DNA of 64,000 bases from a virus: IMG/VR virus record IMGVR_UViG_3300011116_000709, positions 3,973 through 67,972 of that record. One strand, written 5' to 3'. Each line of letters begins with the position of its first letter. The first letter of the stretch is position 1. The notes beneath the pieces are model-generated. The model was given only the letters and a program-made list of their open reading frames with translations. It searched no databases and was not told where the DNA came from. Below, piece after piece: positions 1 through 10,145 of this stretch. The translations under genes and the position numbers were made by a program.

Positions 1-283
1 CCATTAGGTTTGGCATAGCACGACGAACGAGTTGGATCAGGATTGGATCGTAACCCTTGATGTTACCTTCACCACCGATTACGGGGGACATACCACCGCT
101 GGCAATGTTGGTTGGGGCTGCTTCGGCTAGCATCTGCTGACGAACTGCCTTCTCCTGATTCTCTAGGAGGGTGGCAGTTACAGCACGACGGTGCGGATCT
201 GCGATTGGGGCCATATCGGCGTGATCTAGAACAGGCTTCCACTTGCGGAGAGCGTGTTCAGTTAGCATCTTGTTCTCTTCCAT
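1..283 (-). CDS. gp23: Major capsid protein, N-terminal part (runs off the window)
   Basis: Manual translation MEENKMLTEHALRKWKPVLDHADMAPIADPHRRAVTATLLENQEKAVR is the T4-like gp23 N-terminus (KW.P.L, LLENQ). SD AAGGAG upstream; lies downstream of gp22. Confidence 0.95.
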   Translation of the reverse strand, partial: MEENKMLTEHALRKWKPVLDHADMAPIADPHRRAVTATLLENQEKAVRQQMLAEAAPTNIASGGMSPVIGGEGNIKGYDPILIQLVRRAMPNLM

Positions 284-347
284 TTTAGTGACTCCTTTGG
301 GTTTTAACAGTCGGAATTGACTGGAAAGTGTGAATTGAAAAAGTAAA

Positions 348-1538
348 TTAGTCCTTGCTCTTGCTCATGGACTTGAGGTACGCCTCCATGAGCGGAGAAG
401 CCTCTTCGGAACCTTCCTCGTAGGACTCTTCAAGAGACTCCTCTTCGGTGGCGGTTTCGGTTGTGGTTCCGATCTTCTCAATGTTCTCGCGGAGAACAGA
501 GAGTTTCTCGGCAAACTGCTCTACGGACTCAAACTCAACGCTCTCAGCGAGATCGCGTAGTTTCTGAGTCTCGGTGTCGGTTAGCCCTTCGGCTAGTTCG
601 CGGAACAGGAGTTCGCAACGGAGTTGTTCGCACTCTTCGTTGATCTCCATGTTCTTGGAAACCTGCTCGTCTAGTTCACTCTTGAGGCTCTCGTAGTCCT
701 CAACGGTGGACTCAAACAGATCAAGTTTCTCTTCGGGAATTTCAATGTACGACTCGGCAAACACGCCCTTGAGACGCTCAATGAATCCTTCGGTGATCTC
801 GGTGCGAAGACCGTTGGCTACTGCAAGACGGTTCTCCTGCATCCACTCTTCCACCACATAGTTGAGGTACTCGTCAATACGCTCAACCATTTCTTCGGTG
901 ACGGCGAGGGTGTGCTCTTCTAGGAGAGTCTCGTACTTGCCCTGTAGTTCCTCTTCGATCTCGCTTGTGCGAGAAGCGAGTTGAGCCTCAAACAAGGTTG
1001 CAGCCTCGCTCATAAACTCTTCGCTGAGTTCCTTGCCAGCGAACAAGGTTTCAATGCTCTCCTTCATGGAGGGCTTCTCTACCTTGCCGTTGGCATCGCT
1101 CTTCTTAGCCTTGATGGTTCCCATGTTCTTGCCAGCGTTGGCGTTGTGGGGTTCAGCAATCTTCTGACCCTTCTTGTTTGCGTCATGGGCAATATCAGTG
1201 CTAGAGAAATCAGAAGCGGCTTCCTTCATGGACTTCTTGGAAGGCGTTTCGTCTTCCTCTTCGTCCTCCTCTTCCTCTTCTTCAGAGTCTTCCTCTTCTT
1301 CGTCCTTCTTGCTTTTCTTGGAGAACTTCTTGTACTTGTCCTCAGAGGCATCATCGTCCACATAAGTGCCTTCTTCTAGTTCACCTTCGTACTCCTCTTC
1401 CACGATCTCCTCCTCAACAACCTCTTCTTCGGCTTCGATAGCCTCGGTGGGTTCTTCGGTGGGTTCGGGGTTCTCTGCGAGGAAGCCTTCGCCTAGAATT
1501 ACCTTCTTGATTACATCTTCGATCTTTTCGTTAGCCAT
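348..1538 (-). CDS. gp22: Prohead core scaffold protein
   Basis: Very acidic; LSEEF..AATLFEA, YLNYVVEEWM.EN.LA..GLR.EI motifs; between gp21 and gp23. Confidence 0.93.
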   Translation of the reverse strand: MANEKIEDVIKKVILGEGFLAENPEPTEEPTEAIEAEEEVVEEEIVEEEYEGELEEGTYVDDDASEDKYKKFSKKSKKDEEEEDSEEEEEEDEEEDETPSKKSMKEAASDFSSTDIAHDANKKGQKIAEPHNANAGKNMGTIKAKKSDANGKVEKPSMKESIETLFAGKELSEEFMSEAATLFEAQLASRTSEIEEELQGKYETLLEEHTLAVTEEMVERIDEYLNYVVEEWMQENRLAVANGLRTEITEGFIERLKGVFAESYIEIPEEKLDLFESTVEDYESLKSELDEQVSKNMEINEECEQLRCELLFRELAEGLTDTETQKLRDLAESVEFESVEQFAEKLSVLRENIEKIGTTTETATEEESLEESYEEGSEEASPLMEAYLKSMSKSKD

Positions 1539-1571
1539 GACTGGAGTTCTCCTTTGAAATATGTAGACGCT

Positions 1572-2225
1572 TCAGAGTTTTGAGATGAAGTCTTTGAAGA
1601 GGCGAATTGCCTGTTCTTCTAGTTTGCGTGATGGGGTATTTTTAATTACTTTCTTGTAATTTTCAATAACCACTGGTTTGAGAACCCCGTTATCCCAAAT
1701 CCATTCCTTGCCTTCCATAATACCGTTCACAAACGCATTAGGTGCGGAGGGATCAGCCACCACATCTACTGCTGCCAGCATGAAGTCTTCCTGTACCACA
1801 TTGACTCCATCTTGTTCCTTCAGGCTTCCCATGCCTCGGGACGAAACGCCTAGTTTGGCTCCTTCGTCAATCAGATTCTTTACAATCTTGCCGTAGGGGG
1901 TGTCCATGATCTTGGCTTCGCCAATGATCTGCTTGCCGTCTACAGACAAGTTCTTGATGATGTGGGACACACGCTCTAGGTTTACGGTTGGACCTTCGGG
2001 ATGTCCGAGTTCACCCATAGCACGGTTCTGCTTCACATACTCGGTGTTGTAGCGACCGATTTCTTTTTCCATGATCTCGCCGGGATACATTCTACCGTTA
2101 CGGTTCTTGGTATCCGACTCCATGAATACACCCTTAATGAAATAATTCTTCTGACCGTTCTTGTCTTCGGTCAGAACTTGGATTTCGCTCTGGGTTGTTT
2201 CGGTTATGAGTTTCATGGATTTCAA
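1572..2225 (-). CDS. gp21: Prohead protease
   Basis: KNRNGRMYP, GELGHP, GVSSRGMGSL, DVVADPSAPNAFV motifs. Confidence 0.97.
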   Translation of the reverse strand: MKSMKLITETTQSEIQVLTEDKNGQKNYFIKGVFMESDTKNRNGRMYPGEIMEKEIGRYNTEYVKQNRAMGELGHPEGPTVNLERVSHIIKNLSVDGKQIIGEAKIMDTPYGKIVKNLIDEGAKLGVSSRGMGSLKEQDGVNVVQEDFMLAAVDVVADPSAPNAFVNGIMEGKEWIWDNGVLKPVVIENYKKVIKNTPSRKLEEQAIRLFKDFISKL

Positions 2226-2551
2226 TAAGAATCGCTATCGGTTACGGTGCTAGCCTTTCCACTCTTCTTGGAGGCAGTCTTGGTCTTGGTGGACTTCTCT
2301 TCCTCTGCCTCTTCGTACATGGAAGGCTTTTCTTCCTTGGACTTCTTCTTGTTCTTCTTAGCCTCTTCGTCCTGATCGTGGCTGTACATTCCCATCTTCT
2401 TGTCTTCGCTGAATAGTTCAGCAGCAATACCCACACGCTCTTCGTCTAGAAGGAGCGAAGCCTTGGCGTATAGAGCATTGAAAACGCACTCTTTAGCGTC
2501 CACATAGTTCTTCTCTAGCAGGGCTTTTACGATCTTTTTGTTGTTGTCCAT
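2222..2551 (-). CDS. Probable small prohead core protein (gp67/gp68 position)
   Basis: Charged 109-aa ORF between portal and protease; SD and late-type promoter upstream. Confidence 0.55.
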   Translation of the reverse strand: MDNNKKIVKALLEKNYVDAKECVFNALYAKASLLLDEERVGIAAELFSEDKKMGMYSHDQDEEAKKNKKKSKEEKPSMYEEAEEEKSTKTKTASKKSGKASTVTDSDSY

Positions 2552-2610
2552 AGGTTCTCCTTGTCAGACCTTATTTATTTAGTATTCCCTGTATTTCTCG
2601 TGAATCGGGG

Positions 2611-4308
2611 TTATTCTTTAGGATTTCCGAATTCGTCTTCGTCTTCATCGCCACCAACGATTTCCCCGATTGTGACTTCTGGTTCAGCAGGAGTTTCTGC
2701 GGTTTGGGGTGCACCGGCTGCTCCTTCAGGGGCAGCCCCAACAGCCCCAACAGGGGTCATTTCGCCCTCTGGAGCCACAATCTTACCCTCTGCCATTTCT
2801 TTCTTGATGGCATCATCAATTTCTTCAATATCTTCCGCAGTCTGTTTCAAAATATTGCGACGCACAAAGTCTCGGGAATAGTACTTGCCCACAAAGTCTT
2901 CGGCATCCCGTGCAGTCTGTAGACGATCCTTGAGCACTTCGCTTTCCTTGAGTTCGGAGAAGTGGGAGTCCTTGTTGAACTTGAATGCAATCTTGGGTTC
3001 AATATCCTTCCACTCGTCGTCACGAATAATACCCTTGAGCACCAATTGGGTATGCAGAAGATTGAGGAATACTTCAGAGAACTTCATACGGAGCCGTTCC
3101 ACAAACTTGAAGAACTTTACTTCGTCGCGGCTAATCTCTGAAGCACGACCAATGTTGAAACCTGTACTTTCTTCTAGACGAGAAGTAGGCACATTAAGAG
3201 ACTGGAACAGTTTCTTCTGGAAATACTTGACATCTTCCATCTCGCCAAGATTCTGACCACCCTGTAGAGTGCTGACTTCTGTGCCCTTGCCGCCTTCACG
3301 ACGAGGCATCCAAAAGTCTTCAAGCATAGACAGGTGCTTACGGGTATCAGTCATTTCTCCTGTGTTGGGATCGTACATGAGTTTGTTACGATACCGCTGC
3401 ATAAGCCCACGCACATACTCTTCAGCCTTTTGCTTGGGTAGATTGCCCACATCCACATAGAAAATACGGCGTTCAGGAGCACGGGCTAGACGGTAAATAA
3501 TTACTGCATCTTCAATCATTCGCAACTGATTGAGTGCCTTGATAGCCTTGTGCAGATATCCCACGATCTTTTTGCGACGAGAATCGTACAGACCGCTGTG
3601 AACAAAACAAATAGAATCAGGGTTGATTTTGAGTCCGTCAAGCGTCATGGTAGATGACGCTTGATCTTGTTCGGTATAAATGTAAAACTCTTCTATTTCA
3701 GAAACAAGGTTGATGCCTAGCGGAATGTTTTGTGTTTTCCCGCCACTGGTATTTGCTGCGAGTGGCTTCTTCTTTACCTTACGAACCTTACGGATCTTTG
3801 TTGGATCAATAGGACGCAGTTCAAGAATGCCCTTCTTGCGGTTCTTCTCGTCAATAATGATGTGGTAATAGATTCGGCTGTCCACATACCACTTACGGAA
3901 CACTTCGTATCCACGACGGGTAAACTCCAGCAGTTGAAGCACTTCGTGGAATTCTTCTTCAATTTTATCTTTGATTGCCTTGCTTTGCTTGACTGAAGAC
4001 ACATCAATCTTTACTGCATCTAGTGTGTCGTTGTAAACAATGCTCTCGTTGCAAATATCTGCAATAGCACTTTCCACTTCAGGGTGGAGTGCCATTTCAC
4101 GATACTTGTAGATGAGTTCAATGTCAGACTTTACAGAACCGTCAAAGTCAACATACGCACCAAAGTATCCGCCCACTTCAATCGGTGTGGCTCCGTCATC
4201 GTAATCGGGTGGCACAAAAGAAACGGGCTTCTTGAGGATTTCCTCCGCAGAAGCCGCGTCTCTGCCATCCTTTTTACCGATGCTAAAGCCGAACAGGTTG
4301 ATAGCCAT
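2611..4308 (-). CDS. gp20: Portal vertex protein
   Basis: YRLARAPERRIFYVDVGNLPK.KAEEY, EDFWMPRREGGKGTEVSTL.G motifs. Confidence 0.98.
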   Translation of the reverse strand: MAINLFGFSIGKKDGRDAASAEEILKKPVSFVPPDYDDGATPIEVGGYFGAYVDFDGSVKSDIELIYKYREMALHPEVESAIADICNESIVYNDTLDAVKIDVSSVKQSKAIKDKIEEEFHEVLQLLEFTRRGYEVFRKWYVDSRIYYHIIIDEKNRKKGILELRPIDPTKIRKVRKVKKKPLAANTSGGKTQNIPLGINLVSEIEEFYIYTEQDQASSTMTLDGLKINPDSICFVHSGLYDSRRKKIVGYLHKAIKALNQLRMIEDAVIIYRLARAPERRIFYVDVGNLPKQKAEEYVRGLMQRYRNKLMYDPNTGEMTDTRKHLSMLEDFWMPRREGGKGTEVSTLQGGQNLGEMEDVKYFQKKLFQSLNVPTSRLEESTGFNIGRASEISRDEVKFFKFVERLRMKFSEVFLNLLHTQLVLKGIIRDDEWKDIEPKIAFKFNKDSHFSELKESEVLKDRLQTARDAEDFVGKYYSRDFVRRNILKQTAEDIEEIDDAIKKEMAEGKIVAPEGEMTPVGAVGAAPEGAAGAPQTAETPAEPEVTIGEIVGGDEDEDEFGNPKE

Positions 4309-4334
4309 AATATAATTACCTTTTCAAAAGGGCT

Positions 4335-4940
4335 TCAGAAGCCCTGACCGAAGTTGATACCAAGACCTTGTAGTACGGCTCCTAGACCGCTTCCACCTGT
4401 AGAGGGTACTGCTGCACCGGGTGCTGCCTCCCACCACGAGTAGTTTAGGGTTACGGGGAATTCAGCAATCTGATCGTTGTTCTCGTAAGACAGATCAATG
4501 CTGCCTACATCGCTGGGGAAGCAGCCGATGAAATTGTAGGTGCGGACTGCTTCGCCGTCACGATGGAGTTGAGTAACCGACCAAGTAGGCATGAACTCCA
4601 TGAAGTTACGGGGAGCGGTGTTAGCAGTGTGCTGATTGAAGATTGCACTCCAAGCCTCAAAGGCTGAACGGAGAGCAAGATTGGTGTCAGAGATGACTGT
4701 GAGCGACCAATCAGCAAACGAACGATCACCGGGCAGTTTGATACGGCGACCACGATACGGAACTTCAATAGTTCCGAGCGAGGACGCAGGAATCTGTGCT
4801 GCTTTTACCAAGAAAGAAATTGCTCGGTTATCCGCATAACCCGGAATAGACCCGTTCACTACGAACAGGTTTGTGCGAGCACCACCGCCAGCGAAGGCGT
4901 TTACGAACCCTGAAATATTGTTTGTTGGTTCTACTGGCAT
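4335..4940 (-). CDS. gp19: Tail tube protein
   Basis: GGGARTNLF, IEVPYRGR.IKLPGDRSFADW, IDLSYENND.IAEF motifs; follows the sheath gene. Confidence 0.96.
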   Translation of the reverse strand: MPVEPTNNISGFVNAFAGGGARTNLFVVNGSIPGYADNRAISFLVKAAQIPASSLGTIEVPYRGRRIKLPGDRSFADWSLTVISDTNLALRSAFEAWSAIFNQHTANTAPRNFMEFMPTWSVTQLHRDGEAVRTYNFIGCFPSDVGSIDLSYENNDQIAEFPVTLNYSWWEAAPGAAVPSTGGSGLGAVLQGLGINFGQGF

Positions 4941-4976
4941 TAGGAATTACTCCTTTTCTCTCTCTTATCTATACGA

Positions 4977-7046
4977 TCAGCCGCCAACTTCGCTGAAGTT
5001 TACGCCTGTCTTGGTGGCGATAAAGTTCAACTGGATGAAGTTGATGCTGCGAGTGGGCTTGACGAAGATATCGGCTACGAACTCGTTACGATCAATGACT
5101 TCGCCGGTGTTGTTGGTTTCATCGCATACCACCTTGAAATCGGTGATGCCGCGACGCTGTTGAACCGTCTTGAGGAACGGAACCACCAAGTTCTTGAACT
5201 GTGCCCGTGTGAAGGCATCGTTCTGCTCAAACAGGAAGAACTTGCTTGCGGTGGCAATTGCTTTCTCAAGAATGATGAACAGGCGACGAACATTGATGCG
5301 ATCAAAGGCAGAGGGCTTGGTCTGCATGGTCTTATCACCGTACAGAATTACGCCTTCACCGGGGAACGATACGACAGGGTTTACCTGACGGGTATACAGT
5401 TCATCGCGGTGTGCTTCGCTGCTTGGGTTATAAGCCAACTTGACCACGCTCTTGACCTGTCCACGATTGAACCCTGCGGGCGAGAACCACGCTTCGTTGG
5501 TGAACTCGGTGCGAGCAACTAGACCTGCAATGTCTGCGTTGAGCGGAACAAGACGGACTAGGTTGTTGTAGGTGTCAAGTTGATACTTCCAACCGCTATC
5601 AAGTACAGCGTATGAAGAGTTTACATTGAATGTGCTGTCGCGGAAGGTCTTGATGTTGTTGAGAGCCTCGTATGGCAGTTTGTTCTCTACATTGCTTTGA
5701 GTTGGAGAGACGAATGCCATGCAGTCTAGACGCTTTTCACAAACTTGCTGAACGATGAGTTGAGCAAGAGTTGCAGAGGCGTTACCGCAAGGCAGTAGCG
5801 AAACATCAACGGTGTCTGCGTCTTGGAATAGACTCCAACCGCTAGACCAACGCTCGCTGTCGTTTGGTGCGGCAGATACAGCACCAGTTAGTCCTAGAGA
5901 ATTTACTCCCTGACCAACAGCGGAAGTTACGCTCAGGTCTGGTCCTATCAGATTCAGACTTGAGAAGTTTTGAGTTGCCTGATAACCCGCACCAGCATTG
6001 TTACCGTAAAGGTCTGCACAAAGTGCCCAAACATAATCGGACTGATCGTTGATTACTGTGCGATAGTAGTTGCTGCTTCCGTCAAACTTGCGAGCATCGG
6101 TTGCACGAGATAGACCCTCAAACTTCTCAAGAAGGGTGTTTGCTGTTCCAGTCCACTTTCCTTCTTTGTCTAGAACTAGAACATTGATTATGTCGTTTGC
6201 ACCACCTGCATCAGTAGCGTATGCAGATGTTGTTGCACCTGTTGAGACATACTTCGAATATACACTCTTGATGCTTAGTGTGTTGCCAGCAGCCTGAGTC
6301 TTTGGCAGGATGCTGTCGATAAGAACACGAACAACGGTTGGGCCACCTGATGCTAGAGTGTAACCACTGGTAACTCCGAAGAAGTCTCCAAATGTGGCAG
6401 TTACACCGAACAGTCCACCGCCAGTGGTTAGTGCTTTCTGCACTCCACTTACGGTTACTGTAGTGCCGTCTTCAAATACAATGTCGTCACCCTTGGCAAA
6501 GTACAGATATTTGCTGCTGGTTCCGGTGACGATATCCATATAAGTAGCACCAATGTTGGCGGCTGCACCTAGTGTATAACCAGTTGTGGTTCCGTTTCCG
6601 TTAGTGACTACTACCTTGATGCTGTTTCCAAGAACTCCCGGATACTTTGACGCAAAAAGCACACCGTTTGTAGCCTGTGTGTTTGCAGAAGCACCTTCGT
6701 TTGCATTGAAATCTGTAGTGTTATTGATGTCAAATGCACTCTGATATGTTGCACCACTCTTGGTTACATGAGAGTTCTTTGCGGCAGAACCAACTACACG
6801 CACCACTTGGCAGTTGTTGCCGTATTGCAGGAAGTTAGCCGCAGTGAAGAAGTCCACATAGTTGTTATTGTCGGGCTTCTGGAAAATGTTGGCTAGTTCA
6901 CGCTCATTGGCAACAGTCACGATTTCGTTGACTGGGCCCCAATGGAAATAACCCGCGAATCCACCGGGTGTGGTGGCTACAGCGGGAACGATTGTGGTCA
7001 GGTCGATTTCTTTGATGCTTACGCCGGGGCTTACTCTAAATCCCAT
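4977..7046 (-). CDS. gp18: Contractile tail sheath protein
   Basis: SPGVSIKEIDLT N-terminus; WFSPAGFNRG; SAFDRINVRRLF; KPTRSINFI.LNFIA. Confidence 0.98.
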   Translation of the reverse strand: MGFRVSPGVSIKEIDLTTIVPAVATTPGGFAGYFHWGPVNEIVTVANERELANIFQKPDNNNYVDFFTAANFLQYGNNCQVVRVVGSAAKNSHVTKSGATYQSAFDINNTTDFNANEGASANTQATNGVLFASKYPGVLGNSIKVVVTNGNGTTTGYTLGAAANIGATYMDIVTGTSSKYLYFAKGDDIVFEDGTTVTVSGVQKALTTGGGLFGVTATFGDFFGVTSGYTLASGGPTVVRVLIDSILPKTQAAGNTLSIKSVYSKYVSTGATTSAYATDAGGANDIINVLVLDKEGKWTGTANTLLEKFEGLSRATDARKFDGSSNYYRTVINDQSDYVWALCADLYGNNAGAGYQATQNFSSLNLIGPDLSVTSAVGQGVNSLGLTGAVSAAPNDSERWSSGWSLFQDADTVDVSLLPCGNASATLAQLIVQQVCEKRLDCMAFVSPTQSNVENKLPYEALNNIKTFRDSTFNVNSSYAVLDSGWKYQLDTYNNLVRLVPLNADIAGLVARTEFTNEAWFSPAGFNRGQVKSVVKLAYNPSSEAHRDELYTRQVNPVVSFPGEGVILYGDKTMQTKPSAFDRINVRRLFIILEKAIATASKFFLFEQNDAFTRAQFKNLVVPFLKTVQQRRGITDFKVVCDETNNTGEVIDRNEFVADIFVKPTRSINFIQLNFIATKTGVNFSEVGG

Positions 7047-7159
7047 TGTGGTGTCTCCTTCGTCTGTGAAGCACGGGGGTTTGGTGTCGTTACTTCTACT
7101 CTTATGTATTATTTGGATATTTCTGCCGTACCGCCCGACCCGTTCCCATATTTAGCCGT

Positions 7160-8797
7160 TCAGTCGCCCCAATTCCACGCCGTTCCGCTGCCGTCCGTGA
7201 ACGAAGTTGGGTCGCTTCCGTCGTCCACAAAGCCAAAAGGGGTCATTTCTTCTTCCAAATTTTTCATTTGGTCTTCGTACAGATCACGCCGAATATCGCT
7301 GCCCGTGATGTCCTTGAAGTACGCTTGGGTTGTGAGCCACCCAAACAGCACCAGCGTCATCACTAAATCGTCGTTGTGGTTGTCTTCGGCTTCGTAGGAA
7401 TCGCCTTTAGCCACAAACGAACAGAACTCGTCCACCACACCAAAGTCTTCAACAATCAGTTTAGTGTCTTCAATCAAATTTTTGAGAATGGCACACCCGA
7501 TACGCTTTACCGCTGTGGATGTCTTGACACCTTTCATAGCCGAGCCACCACGCCCGAAGCCACCGTTCACCACTTGCCCTTTGCGTCCCTGCATCTGGAC
7601 ATAGATGATGTTGTCGTATTCCATATCATCGTGGAGAATGTCTGCTATCTGCTGCCCGATGTCGTTGATCTCTACCAGTACGAATGCGTTGTTGTACTGC
7701 CGTGCCACAGGGTAGATGGCATTAGGATACAACATGGGAGCCAACTGGTTGTTGCGGAAGGTGGCTACGAGCCTGTACGGCATCTGTGTGACATCTATAA
7801 CGGTAAACGCATGGTAGTCCTGTCCCACACCACGAGAAGTGTCCACCACGGTCACATACTTGTGGTTAGGTTGTGGCTTGGCATATACCCGTAGCCCCTC
7901 ACTATTGAAATATTCAGGAGTGCGGTACACAAGACATTTTAGTTTTTCAGGATGGATCAGAGTGTGAACCGATCCCAAGAATTCAGTTTCAAACTCGGTG
8001 CGGAACTGCTCTTCAGAGGTGTTGGCAATGGTTTGCTTTTTCCATTCCTCGTCTCGTCCGGGTACATCGCTCCAATGCACCTCAATAGGATAGTATTCGT
8101 TCTTGCCTTCTTCGCCTGTTCTTTTATTTGCATTTACCCACAGGCGGTAGAACATGTTCAAGCCCTTTGGGGTTGACACAATAATCACTTTGGTTTCTTT
8201 ACCGCTTGTGATAGTGGGATACACGGACGAGAAAAACTCTTCTGCTACATTCTGTGGCACATACGCAAACTCGTCCAACATGATGCAGTTGTACGAACCA
8301 CCACGAACAGCAGATGACGAAGTAGCGGCTGCAAGCACTTTGGAGCCGTTTTCAAGCACAATTGAGCCTTTGTTCCATTCCACCACGCCCTGCTGCAACC
8401 ATGTGGGCAGATACTCGTAGGCTAGTTTTAGGCGACCAAGCAGTTCACGGGCAGTAGCCAGTTTGTTAGCGAGGATGGCTACACTCATGTTCTGATTGAA
8501 CAGGATATAGTGCAGCAGGAATGAAATCATGGTTGTAGACTTACCGCTCTGACGAGGCATCTTGCAGATCACGAAACGGTTCTTGTGAACTGCCTCAATC
8601 ATGTCCTCTTGGAACTCATACGGTTCAAACGGAACCAAGCCCTTGTCAAGCGACACAATTTTCACATAGTGCTTGATGAAATATAGAGGGTCTTGAGAAC
8701 ACTTCACATACTCCTCAATCTGCTTGGGAGTAAAGTTGATATTGACTCCAGCCGCTTTCAGGTTGGAGTTGCCAAGATACTTTTGACTCTTGTTCAT
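7160..8797 (-). CDS. gp17: Terminase large subunit
   Basis: PRQSGKST Walker A, MLDEFA Walker B, nuclease DDLVM motif; uninterrupted ORF. Confidence 0.98.
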   Translation of the reverse strand: MNKSQKYLGNSNLKAAGVNINFTPKQIEEYVKCSQDPLYFIKHYVKIVSLDKGLVPFEPYEFQEDMIEAVHKNRFVICKMPRQSGKSTTMISFLLHYILFNQNMSVAILANKLATARELLGRLKLAYEYLPTWLQQGVVEWNKGSIVLENGSKVLAAATSSSAVRGGSYNCIMLDEFAYVPQNVAEEFFSSVYPTITSGKETKVIIVSTPKGLNMFYRLWVNANKRTGEEGKNEYYPIEVHWSDVPGRDEEWKKQTIANTSEEQFRTEFETEFLGSVHTLIHPEKLKCLVYRTPEYFNSEGLRVYAKPQPNHKYVTVVDTSRGVGQDYHAFTVIDVTQMPYRLVATFRNNQLAPMLYPNAIYPVARQYNNAFVLVEINDIGQQIADILHDDMEYDNIIYVQMQGRKGQVVNGGFGRGGSAMKGVKTSTAVKRIGCAILKNLIEDTKLIVEDFGVVDEFCSFVAKGDSYEAEDNHNDDLVMTLVLFGWLTTQAYFKDITGSDIRRDLYEDQMKNLEEEMTPFGFVDDGSDPTSFTDGSGTAWNWGD

Positions 8798-9279
8798 GTG
8801 CCGCCCTCTGGCTGTACATCAATAAAGGCTTTGGTGCTGGATCGTGCAGAGTTTATTATGTCCTGCAATTCACGAGTCGATCCCACATAGATGGCATTGT
8901 TTGTGGTGTGGTTGTTTGTGGTGTTGTTTTCAGTCTTGCGAATCGTCTTTACCTTGTCGTGCAAGTCTAGCAGATCACGATTGGTTTCTGAAAGGGTCTT
9001 TATCATTTGGGCTACCACCTCATACGCACGAGGAGAGTCACCTTCTTGGGCTACAGCAATCACACCGTCCAGTGCGTTCTTGCCTGCTTCTACAAGTTCT
9101 CGCAGGTTCTTGCGAGCCGTCTCGTAGTCGTGTGTAAGGTCTTTTGCCAAGCCTTCATCAGTCAGGGGCGGTGTTTGCACCTTGACCATAGGCATGGGTG
9201 CAGAAGGCACAATGGCTACGCTGTCTGCTGTGTTTCCAACCCCTAGAACGCTTTCAATATGAGAAAACCCGTCACTCAT
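8794..9279 (-). CDS. gp16: Terminase small subunit
   Basis: DYETAR.NL, SPRAYEV, NNAIYVGST.ELQ motifs; overlaps the gp17 start. Confidence 0.93.
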   Translation of the reverse strand: MSDGFSHIESVLGVGNTADSVAIVPSAPMPMVKVQTPPLTDEGLAKDLTHDYETARKNLRELVEAGKNALDGVIAVAQEGDSPRAYEVVAQMIKTLSETNRDLLDLHDKVKTIRKTENNTTNNHTTNNAIYVGSTRELQDIINSARSSTKAFIDVQPEGGT

Positions 9280-9290
9280 AAATTATTCCT

Positions 9291-10145
9291 TTATCCTGTA
9301 GTGCCTGTCAGCCCTGTTGTTCCCAACCAATCAACCGTTACACCGGCTGCAAGTGTAGAGTTGTTTTGATACTCGTAAATCTTGGCATATGGAGTGTAGT
9401 TGTACTTGGCTGAACTTGCACCGCTTGGGCCAGTAATACCAACAAATACTTTGGAATCTGTTCCCGTAACTCCACCGAGTGTATTTCCTCCAGTGAAACT
9501 TGGAAAGTAATTGAAATCGTAAATCTTGGCATCCACTTTGCGAATCTCGCTATAACTGCGAACATTACCAAAGATGTAGGACTTCATGGTGAAGTTGAGG
9601 GTAAAGATAATGCTACGACGGTTTTGAAAATCGCCTTCGTAGTCCTCTTCAGAAGACACAGAGTTCAAGTAGATGGGCACATCTACTTTGGTGTTCACCG
9701 CATCAAAGTTGATGGTGGCTACAAACTCGGGAGCAAAATACGGAAGAATCTGCTCTATGATCTGTAGCCCGTCGTCCATGTTTCGCACATACACATACAG
9801 CCCAAAGTCAATGTTGTATGGAACTTCGGAAAATGTGTACTTTACACCAGACGAAGTACTGTCTCGCACAATGTTTCGCTGGCTGCTGTTTCGTTTTCGT
9901 GTGGGATCGTATGCAAATCCTGTGATTTCAAATGCCATTCGGGGCAGGGTAATCTGCATGGGATTCTGTAGATACGGATCGCCTGCAATACGCACTTTAT
10001 ATTTTTCTTTGGGTGCATACGCTAGAGGAACCTCAATGTACTTGGTTCCGCTGCTCTCGGTGCGTGATATCTTGATTTGGTTGAATATAGCACCAAATGC
10101 AACCACCATTCGTCTGATGGACTGATTATAGAACTGTGTAAACAT
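9291..10145 (-). CDS. gp15: Tail sheath stabiliser / tail terminator
   Basis: FY..SIRR.VVAFG.IFN, VPLAYAPKEK, LPRMAFEI, QIIEQILPYF.P motifs. Confidence 0.95.
   Translation of the reverse strand: MFTQFYNQSIRRMVVAFGAIFNQIKISRTESSGTKYIEVPLAYAPKEKYKVRIAGDPYLQNPMQITLPRMAFEITGFAYDPTRKRNSSQRNIVRDSTSSGVKYTFSEVPYNIDFGLYVYVRNMDDGLQIIEQILPYFAPEFVATINFDAVNTKVDVPIYLNSVSSEEDYEGDFQNRRSIIFTLNFTMKSYIFGNVRSYSEIRKVDAKIYDFNYFPSFTGGNTLGGVTGTDSKVFVGITGPSGASSAKYNYTPYAKIYEYQNNSTLAAGVTVDWLGTTGLTGTTG

Noticed and set aside
7160-8797. Intron, intein or homing endonuclease in terminase, portal or sheath genes
   Set aside because: ORFs are continuous and of normal length; no HNH, GIY-YIG or intein motifs seen.
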